Assembly: GCA_013265495.1 (NCBI GenBank)
Contig: MU058824.1
Span: forward strand, 4,924,691 to 4,988,690
Source of the DNA: Vicugna vicugna
Taxonomy: Eukaryota
Length of the DNA: 64,000 bases
Direction of reading: 5' to 3'
The notes under the pieces were generated by a model that had not been told where the DNA came from, did not search any database, and worked only from the letters and a program-made list of their open reading frames with translations. Shown here in pieces: positions 27,016-64,000 of this stretch; the stretch's first letter is position 1, and each line of letters starts with the position of its first letter. Made by a program: the position numbers and the translations under genes.

Positions 27016-28119
27016 ACAATCTGATCTATCCTTCTTCATTTGAGAAAAAAAGAGACTAAGACCTAAGAAACTAAAGGAGATCAGGACTAGCACCAGTATC
27101 TCTTGACTACTAGCTCACTATGCTGTATTGCTCTCTCATCACAATCCAGAATGAACCAACTGTTCTAAGGTAGAGAGCATATGAATCAAAACTATTATGT
27201 AACTTCACATTTTTCCAAGTTCTCTGTACCTTTGAAGAGTGCTTCATATATATTCTCTCTTTAGATTTTTATACAGGGAAGTAGGCAAAACTTATGTTTT
27301 AGGTAGGGCCGGAATTTAAATCTTCATATTCTAACTTCAGGATTAAGTCAATTAAATTTAGTGCTTACTGAGTATCTAGTATGTGTTAGTCAAGACATGC
27401 TCAGAGATGCAAAAATAAGTAAGTTATCATCCATGCCCTCAATTGGTGTACAATCTTCTCAGAAAGACAACTAAGATACTGTACTGCTTGGCTTATCCCT
27501 AAAAATAGCAGAAACCAAAAACCTTCCTTGACTGGTCTTGATGACAAAATCCAATTCTCTTGAAATTCAGTCTGTGGCTTCTAATTTCTTCCTGATTATG
27601 GTTATTAATTCTAGGGAACACAAGAGATTTGAATACAGCAACTACATCTCTAGGCAAGGCGAAGTAGCTGAAAATTCCTTGATAGGGGTAGAGAAGAGAA
27701 AATGGTACAATTTCAGTGAGGTTCATTTTATACTCTCCAAAGCCAAGGATGTGATTCGGCAGAAGACTGGGAGATTCCAAGAAAAATGACTGGAGGGACA
27801 AGACAGGGTATTCACAAAAGTAATTAATCCCTTATCCATAGCACTTAAATAACTGGGCAGTTTACAATTTATGTTGTTGAAGATAATTACTGCATACCAC
27901 AGGGGAAAATAACATGTAGGAAATAATATTTTAACTATGACCCAGGGTGATAGAGGTCACAGATGGACAAGAGTGCTCAAAAACAACTTCTTCATGAGGA
28001 ATTCATCAGACACTGCAAAATGCTGCCATCCAGATTTTATTACATAAAAGATAATGAGGAAACCAGAAACACATGTTTTATTTATGGACTGAAAAACCTT
28101 GGTCAGGAATAGTCCATCA

Positions 28120-28290
28120 CAGTTGTTCTCAAACTTTAACATGCATCAGAATCACCTGGAGGCTGGATCCCATCCCTGACCAGTTTGAGTCAGCAGGTTT
28201 GTGGTGGTGCCCAAGAATGTACATTTCTTACAAATACAGGTGATGCTGATGCTGTTGGTTCAGGTCCTATACATTGAGAGCTGCTGGTTT
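28120..28290 (+). mobile_element. MER5A-like hAT-Charlie DNA transposon fossil
   Basis: cagttgttctcaaacttt...catcagaatcacctgga...ggtgatgctgatgctg. Confidence 0.8.
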
Positions 28291-28619
28291 ATTATAAAGC
28301 CCACAATATACTAGATACCCACACAAAACATGCTTGTTGCAAATTATGGCAATTCATTTAACTCTCTATTATTGACTTTGTAAATGATACTCTCCACCAA
28401 CCTAATGGCCAAAAGTAAGACTACTCAGGAAGAAGTTATGGCTAGTTACCAAAGGAAACAATCTATTTTACAGCAAAAATACATGTTTTAGGTGACTGAG
28501 CATCTGACAGAGGCAGCCAATGAGGTACATCTAGCAAGCAAGAAATAACAGTGCCCTTTAAAAGTATTTAGCTATCTTGAGGTAGAAAAGAATTTCGTTT
28601 CTTACGCTCAACAGGACAC

Positions 28620-30120
28620 CCTTTGGACCTCTCTATACATTACTTGCTACCCAGAGTTCCATCCTCATTCTTCTTTTCTCACTATTCACTTTCCCTGAGT
28701 TTTCTTTACTCCATGGTTTCATTTAACACACACACACCCCCCAGTGGTTAGTAACTTTGTTTAGGTTAAGACATTCCTTTGGGCATTTGATTAATGCTAT
28801 AGACTGTTTATAATACACACACACACACACACATATATATTTTACATCCAATTCAGGACAAAGATTCTCATTCAAGTCCGTAAGTCTCAAGAAATCCCTA
28901 CTTGTAGGCTAATGATTAAAAAAATCTATCTTCAACCTGAATTTTTATCCTGAGTTTCAGTACCACATATCCAAATACCTATGTAACATCTGTATTTGGA
29001 TATTACACAAATGCCTCAAAATCTACATGTACTGAAAAATGACTGTTTTATAGGGATGGGGTTTCCTTTTGGGGTGATATGTTCCAGAACTAGACAGTAA
29101 TGATGGTTGTATAACATTGTGAATATACTTAATGACACCGAATTGTACACTTTCAAATGGTTAAAATGTTAAATTTTTACATAATTTGCATTTTCCAATG
29201 AAAAAAAATCTACATTTACTAAGCTGAAATTATCATTTCCATTCCCTACTTCTCACACACTCCAAATTTGTACTTTCTCTTATATTTCCTGTCTTTGAAC
29301 ATTGGTTACTAGTCTTACCATTTACCTAGTTACCCAAGCCAGGAACCTGAGAGTCATTTTTAACAAGGCTTTTATTCTCCCACTTATAATTTAATCAGGA
29401 AGCTCTGTATGTTCTTCCTCATTAATAAAGCGTTAACTTAGAATAGTCATATACTTTTATCCCCAAAGCTTCAACCTAAGTTCAGGCTACCGTCATTAGC
29501 CTCCTCATCTCCAGTTTTGTAATTTCTCACCCTCCAACCCAACTTCACTTCAACTGACTCATCCTTATCTTGCCAGAGTGAGCTATCTTTTTGCTTAAAA
29601 ACCTACCATTGAAGAAAAAACCCAAAAATCTACCATAGCCTTCGGGATAAAAGTCTAAATTCCTCCTCATGACCTGGCCTCTGCTTACTTCTGCAGTTTT
29701 ATCTCTCACCATTCTCCTATACAAAGCCCAAACTGTCCAGGGATATAAGTTACTTGTAATTCCCAGCTCATTATCAATTTTTTTTCCACTCCAAGTTCAC
29801 ATACTATTCCAAGTTCCTAGAACTTCATTTCCCTCTGTTTAGACCTGGCTAAGTTCTACTGGGTAAGATTCAATTTATATCATCTTACTCAGGAAGATTT
29901 TTCAGATGCTCCAAGGATTATGTTCTTATTATGAGCTCCCATGCTGTAAGTTTCCATGTTTATCTGTATCTTAACATTTATACTTTAAATTGAAGCCATC
30001 TATCACCTTTTAAAGACCACATTATCCTTGAGGGTAGGGACTATATATATATATCAATGCATCTCCAGTGCCTAAAATAGTACCCATTATGTGGTATGTT
30101 CTAAATAAATTATTTTTTAA
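28620..30120. mobile_element. L2 LINE remnant interrupted by an L1 3' fragment (~29050-29210)
   Basis: ccaagccaggaacctgagagtcat; ccttgagggtagggact...ccagtgcctaaaatagtac. Confidence 0.55.
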
Positions 30121-30310
30121 TGTACAATGATACCCTAGTGAATAACAGGAACCCTTATATCAGAAGTCACACACTCCTGCAGAATTTCCAACAACTTCCT
30201 ACCTTACTTCTGTTAAAAGCCAGTCATTACACTGGGCCACAGGGCCTTCCCTACATGCTCTGACTTCATCTCCTACCATTTCTCCCTTCATTCACTCAGT
30301 CCCAGCCACA

Positions 30311-31073
30311 TTTTGTTTTTATTAATTGGGGGGAGGTAATTAGATTTAATTATTTCTTTTTTTTAAACAACTGATATTTAATAGAAGTAGGTTCAAATAT
30401 GGAACATGCTACCTCTTACTTATCTGAAGCCCACATTTGCTAATACCCATGCATCCATTTATAGTAAAGGAACAGCCTCTACACCTCAGACTTCAGTGCT
30501 TGATATAAAGTACACACATCAAGGAAACAACTTCATCACTGATGTTACCTTTAATCTAGTAAGAGCTTCTCCATAAACAGGAACACCTCTAAGTATGGGT
30601 CTTTTAAAATCACAGCAGTCAGCTTTGCTGACCTGTCAATTACTCAGTTTCTCAGTAAAAAATTCATTATGTTTGAAATTACTCCACTTTTGAAACACGT
30701 AATTATTTTTGCTATGGGTTAAGGGTATACACTTTAAAATCAATTTTATAGAGGTATACTTTACATACAGGAAAAGGCATTCATACATTTAAAATTTTGA
30801 CCCATTTTAAACAATGTGCACTCCTATGTAACCACCAACCACAATCTTCAGAGAAATCAAGAGCATTTCTATCATGCCAATGAGTTCCCTCCTTTTCCAG
30901 TCAAATTCGCACCTCTATACCCAGCCCGAGGCAACTAGCTATCTGTTTTGCTACTGGGGACTAGTTTTACCTAGGTTTGCTATTTCTGTAAGTGTAGAGA
31001 GCGTATTGGGGATTGAACCCAGGACCTTGTGCATGCTAAACATGCACTCTACCATTTAAGCTACACAGCCCCC
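30311..31073 (-). mobile_element. Vic-1-like SINE split by a ~630-bp retroposed insert
   Basis: SINE head at 30996-31073, SINE tail at 30311-30360, TSD-like (c/t)agccaca(t/c)ttt on both outer flanks. Confidence 0.75.
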
Positions 31074-32408
31074 AACAATTCTAGCCACACTTTGAAACTT
31101 GACTGGAAAAAGTATTTCTGCCAAAGAGCTGTTTAGACATGTGCAGGAAGGAACTAAAATATACTGAGTCTCCAATATGGATCAGGCCCTGTGCTAGGTA
31201 CTTTCATGTGTCATATCATAGAATCCTCACAATCACTCTAGGACAAAAGTATTACTATTACCATTTCACAGCTAAGGAGACTGTCTTAGACTAGATTCTG
31301 AATTTGAACAGAGGGAAACTTTCTTGGAAAGAGTCCATGGTGCTGACTTTTCCTTCTCTAGATACCTTGAATGCTGGTTATTCTGTTTGCTGTTTCTTCT
31401 GCCCAATTCCCTCTGCCCTATTCTGGGAAGCAACCTCTATGAACTACATTACCCAGACTACCTTGCTCTGGGTTTCCAGGTTTGGGTTTTGCCAAAGGAA
31501 GGTAGGAGCTGGAGACCAGAGGGCTCTCTCACAGCTGTAATAGTGGCAGACTTAACTTCATCATCTAGATTCTCACTACTACTTCACCATGCTGTGATAC
31601 TGCACTGGGTACTCAGTAGGCACTCAAGATGCTGATGACTTACCCTAAATTCACACAGGGATTTTGTTTTGTTCAATGCTAGGCTCCACGCCTAGATGAG
31701 TACCTGGCACATATTATGTGTTCAGCAAATATTTACTGATTTTGAACCCGGGACACAGCAAGACAAATTCCTTGGAAGTTACCAGAATTCAGAGAATCAT
31801 TTATCATAATAATTCCTTATAAACTTAGAGAAAATAGAGTTTTCAAAGTGTTTTCACATTTAAGTAAGTCTATGTGATCCCTCTGAGGGAAACATGGCAG
31901 GAATTAATAGCCCATTTAACAGAAGCAAGAAACCACCTCTGAAAAGTTAAGTCAAGATTCCTTGACTAGTTTGTAGGAGAGCTGGACTACTGTTCACAGG
32001 TCTTCTGACTCCCACTTTAATACCATCTCCATTATTTCACGTTGCTACTTCAGCTCAGCCATTCTGCTTCAAGATATGGGAGTTTCATTCAGGGAGCTAG
32101 TCCAAATATTCACAATAAACAGATGAGTCATACACTTATGCTGATAGAAATGATTATGCTTTTTAAAAAATCCACTATTAAAGGCACTTCTACTGCTGTT
32201 TACATACAGCCCGTATAATATTACAAGGCCTGTTATTTCCCACAGAGAGGAGGGTTACCATTGTGTGTTCTGGAATGAGGAGACAGCACTTTGAGACATC
32301 ACTTCCAGTACAGACCAGAGCCAGGTGTTCAAAACGAAAAAACACCTTGCCCTTGGCCTGACCCCACCAGAGAGGAGTTGGCACATGATTTCTTCAAGAT
32401 CAAATGCA

Positions 32409-32532
32409 GGAGTACGGTATAGCTCAGCTGCAGAGTGTGTACCCAGGTTCAATTCCCAGTGCTGCCATTAAAATAATAAAATAAATAAGCCTAATTACCA
32501 CCCCCCCAAAATAAAAATACAGTTAAATAAAA
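32409..32532 (+). mobile_element. Vic-1-like SINE with internal deletion
   Basis: ggtatagctcag...ggttcaattcccagt; TSD-like aagatcaaatgca / aagaccaaatgta. Confidence 0.8.
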
Positions 32533-32759
32533 AAGACCAAATGTACCAGGAAGTTACCTGCAGATATTTTGATTGAATTCTTTTATAACAAACACTTTGG
32601 TGCAAATTTAACCCCGAATTTTAGCTACTAAGACGATCTCTGATACTAATCAGAGAATTACAGAAACCAAAAATAGCCTAAATATATATTCAACCATTTT
32701 GGATTTCAATTTTTATTAAAAGCTCAAAGTACTGACACAGAAAATTACCCAGCCTTATA

Positions 32760-33035
32760 TCAGGAATCACAAACTCAAGTGCCTACCAGGTACCAGGAAA
32801 ATAATGTAAAGCCCAGTATGACAAAATAAGAAGTTATGGAGTCTACCAGGAATTACAGCAAACTAATTTGCTAGTTGCTTCTCAGCTCCAACGACCTGTC
32901 ATTTTGTGGGAATGTGAGCTGAGCTAACAGACCTGGTTTTTCAAAAGCTGGAAATATGCACTGTTAAAATGTAAAATCTGCATTAAAAGTTAGCTAATAA
33001 TTCAAATCTGCAAGCCGTGAGCAGTCAGTTTGACT
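32760..33035 (+). mobile_element. hAT-like MER DNA transposon fossil
   Basis: caggaatcacaaactcaagtgcctacc...gcagtcagtttgact termini. Confidence 0.5.
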
Positions 33036-33259
33036 TTTCCTTAAGGAGTAGGTTTCCTACTCCACATGAAAGAGGAATGATAGAAAACATGATAGTACTT
33101 TGACTTTCAAGTCAAATGTAGTAGAAGGATGTGTAAGAATCTGGATAGTGCTGGAAAAGTGAACAAAACTCCCTGAGTGAATAGGAATGTGCCTTAGCTG
33201 GGGTTTTTGAGCCTACTTGCTTTATGAGGTAACTGGATAAATGGCTGCCCTCTGGGGGA

Positions 33260-33725
33260 GTCTGCGGGATAAAGATCCCTTTGCTAGGTGTCGAGGCAGG
33301 TATTTCTTCTCTGGAGCGTCTGGGAAACACGTATACTCGAGTACGGGGATGGGGAATGTCGGGAGAACAGTTTACAAGAAAGTACGAGGACAGACAGCTA
33401 TAGGGAAGTACAAACAGCGCTAGGAACGCGAGATAGTAAAGGGCTACAGGCTCGCTACAGTGTGGGGAGGGAAAAGGCGATAACCTCTCCTCGGGCGCCA
33501 CCTTTGGGCACCTCTTGCTCACCATCGCCGAGCAGCCGTCTTCTACAGCGACCGCCATCTTAACGCACCTCTCTGCGCAGGCGCGCGGGAGCCACACGGT
33601 CCAGCCCAGAGTAGAGCCACGCCCCGACCACGCCCCCACAAAGTTCGCTTCCGACCACGCCCCTTCTCAGAAATCTGTTCTCCTCCCCCCAGCTGTTTCA
33701 CCCACCACTTGGGGCGGGAGGGGAA
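33260..33725 (-). promoter_or_regulatory. CpG-rich promoter, oriented leftwards
   Basis: High CpG density; three CCACGCCCC GC boxes (~33616-33664) plus GGGGCGGG (~33711-33718); NRF1-like TGCGCAGGCGC (33574-33584); YY1 motif AAGATGGCGG on minus (33552-33561). Confidence 0.8.
33523..33558 (-). CDS. Putative first coding exon (MAVAVEDGCSAM) of the downstream gene, probably ATP8B5/FetA P4-ATPase
   Basis: AAGATGG Kozak context, ATG|GTGAGC donor. ATP8B5P/Atp8b5 follows UNC13B on the same strand in human/mouse. Identity rests on synteny only. Confidence 0.4.
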
Positions 33726-33814
33726 AAGCAGCAAAGGACCACTGGTCTAAGATCTACCATTATGTAGGAAAGTCATTTCTACAGCTTTCCACACTTTAGC
33801 AGAATTACCAGACC

Positions 33815-35112
33815 TCAAAGGCTACTATAAGATAATTTATTACAGACTAGCCAATAATCTACTATTACAATGGCACATACGACAATTAAAAACAGCAAAA
33901 TGCTTAGTTTCTTGTTTCACATAATGGCCAATGGACAATGCAGAGTCCTCTGGAAGTCCAGGAGGCTGCTACTGAGGATACTGAAGGGCCATGTCACATC
34001 TGAGCAAGGGCCTGGGAAGTCCACATGACTCCCTGCAAAGAGTTTGTCTCTGACCTCCCAAGGAGTGTTGAGGATCACCCTCCATCCACCCTGTGCAGAG
34101 GGATCACAGCCCAGATTCCTTCTGTAGGGCTGAACATCTATGAAGGGAACAGCAGCTGACCTAGATAAAAAGGAGTGAGGACAAAGGCTAGATTCTTTCT
34201 GCAAGGGGGAGGACTGCCAGAAGGCAGTGGCCATAGGTGAGGAGGACTGATTTCCACAGTTTGTGGCTTTGTTCAGGGCCTATCCATGAAGAAAATACAG
34301 CCCTCTCCCCTGGGTCCTTCAACTAGCTCTCAGGTGCATATACTTAAGAAGAGCCTCTCATGTCCTGAAGAATCACTCCCCTTCCTAAAGGAGTGAGGTA
34401 AGGGGACTCCTGGGCAGGTGGCCCCTGGTGCTTGGGTTCCAAAGAAGTTCTGCTCAGGGCTCTGAAGCACCATGTGAACCTGGTTCTACTCATGAAAGAT
34501 TACCTGGGGGAAGGGATTAGAACAATTCATTTCTGAAAGGTATCTTGTTCAGTTTCAATGCCTTGTACTCACTCGAGACACTCAAAACCAGCTGATTTTG
34601 CTTAAGGGACAGTTTGAATTCTATTCTCTGTGTTCTTTCCCTGGAATACTCCAATCCAGACCACAGGGCTCAGCAATACCTGTAGACTCAACTGATAACT
34701 TACCTAGTTAGGCACAAGCTCCAGGCCCTCTAAACTTGTTCTTCTGATGATTGGTATGTATGGATCTAACTGGATAAGGTGTGGTATGGAGAGGGGTGGA
34801 GAAGGGGTGTGGGGTGGAAGGGTCCCTGCCAAGAATAGGTGACATTCTCAGAAATGCCTTTCCCTCTCTCTTTATGGAGAATCTCCCGTTGTGATAACCC
34901 CCACAACCCAGCTACTAGCAGCACAAACCTGCTGGTAAGGGATTCATGACACTTTCCGTGAAAAGCCAAACTCACAAATTTTTCCTTAAATTTTCCTGAA
35001 CTGAATAAGTCAGCCTCTTGACTATGAGGATCCTAAGCTGACAACATAGTAGCTCCCATTGGCCCTGACTTGTGGAACTGGTGCCATCTGATTGGCACAG
35101 GAGCCTAGGTGC
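33815..35112 (-). other. UNC13B: UNC13B 3'UTR (~1.3 kb; 3' end approximate)
   Basis: Repeat-poor sequence between the stop codon and a canonical minus-strand AATAAA. Confidence 0.75.
33836..33841 (-). terminator. Polyadenylation signal AATAAA of UNC13B
   Basis: tttatt on + strand ~1.27 kb downstream of the stop codon. Confidence 0.75.
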
Positions 35113-63097
<27,985 letters not shown>

Positions 63098-63639
63098 CTG
63101 AAGGATAGCCAGAGACAGAAAGTAGGGTAACCAGTAGGCCACCTACAAGACCAAGGATCAAGCTGAGGAATGGGGCCAAGAAGAGATCACTGAGCAGTGG
63201 GAGACTCTTAAGAAGATGGGGATATCTCTGAGAAAACTTGATCTCTGTGGGGCTGGCTAGTTTAATGCCTGGCCAGTGGAGTTTAAAATGCAACTCAAAG
63301 GGTAGCAAAAAGTTGATAATTGTCACGGGAGTATATTACACTATTCTATTTAGATACACGTTGTATTTTTCACCAAAAAAGAATAACAAAAAATGTAGCT
63401 CAGTCTGCAGTTGGCTTTGACTTTCTTCAATCCAGATGCTCGTTGAGAGATACCCTCCAAGTCTAAGACCAAAATATCACAATGGGTATCATAGTTATCA
63501 GGGAAGGGTGGTGGGTGGGCACAACAACTCCATTAATCTCATCCAACTGCCAAGCCATGATATAGATCCCAGAATTTGTCAGGGCATACAGCAGGGTTCT
63601 GCCCCATGGCTCCAGTGCCTTTAATCTCAAAAAATTGTG

Positions 63640-63830
63640 GCCTTTGGTATCAGACAGACTTGGGTTCAAATCCTGACTCCACCACTCCTTGCTGGGTAAA
63701 CAGGCTTCTTCTAAGAGAAGAAAATGGTACTCATCTCTCAGGATGTGTAATAAGCATTATATTAGATAGCATATCTTAGATGCCAGTGCCTGCCATCTAG
63801 TAGGTACTCAATAAATGGTCCCTATGTAAA
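63640..63830. mobile_element. MIR SINE
   Basis: cagacagacttgggttcaaatcctgactcc...gtaggtactcaataaatg. Confidence 0.7.
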
Positions 63831-64000
63831 TCAACTACACTTCAATAAAAATTAATAAATATATAGATAAATAAATAAACAAACAGTCCCTATTATTGTT
63901 ACCATCATTATTATTACCCTGGCAAGGCCAAGGGCCATCTTCACCAGCCATGCTGGTATCAGAGGTTAGTAAGCTTTTTCTGCTGCCTTAACAATTATGG

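Noticed and set aside
27525..27611. Exon-like segment INNHNQEEIRSHRLNF...
   Set aside because: No credible donor (gttttt) and no family resemblance
33112..33639. 175-aa minus ORF across the CpG island as a single-exon gene
   Set aside because: Non-ATG start; after the gtgagc donor at 33522 it reads like translated intron; no recognisable homology

Overview
Mammalian genomic DNA, very probably camelid (alpaca or camel), judged from the tRNA-derived Vic-1-like SINEs and cetartiodactyl/camelid-type L1 3' ends. The right half (~33.8-63.1 kb, minus strand) holds the 3' part of UNC13B (Munc13-2): 25 core coding exons with GT-AG sites and consistent phases (C1-C2B linker, C2B, MUN, C2C; about 1060 codons), a 57-nt cassette exon, a ~1.3 kb 3'UTR and a poly(A) signal at 33836-33841. 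The 5' part of the gene lies beyond the window. About 100-280 bp past that signal is a CpG-rich promoter (GC boxes, NRF1-like and YY1 motifs) pointing leftwards, with a short ATG-initiated first exon. By synteny this is probably the 5' end of ATP8B5/FetA, but I could not find any P4-ATPase core exon in 1-33.5 kb, which is mostly L1, L2, MIR, MER and SINE repeats. The most notable unexplained items are a frame-preserving 42-nt candidate cassette exon in the MUN domain, the very tight UNC13B/promoter tandem, and an mRNA-like retrocopy splitting a SINE. I see no convincing evidence of a wholly new biological system. Repeat boundaries are approximate; human/mouse protein comparisons are from memory and need verification.
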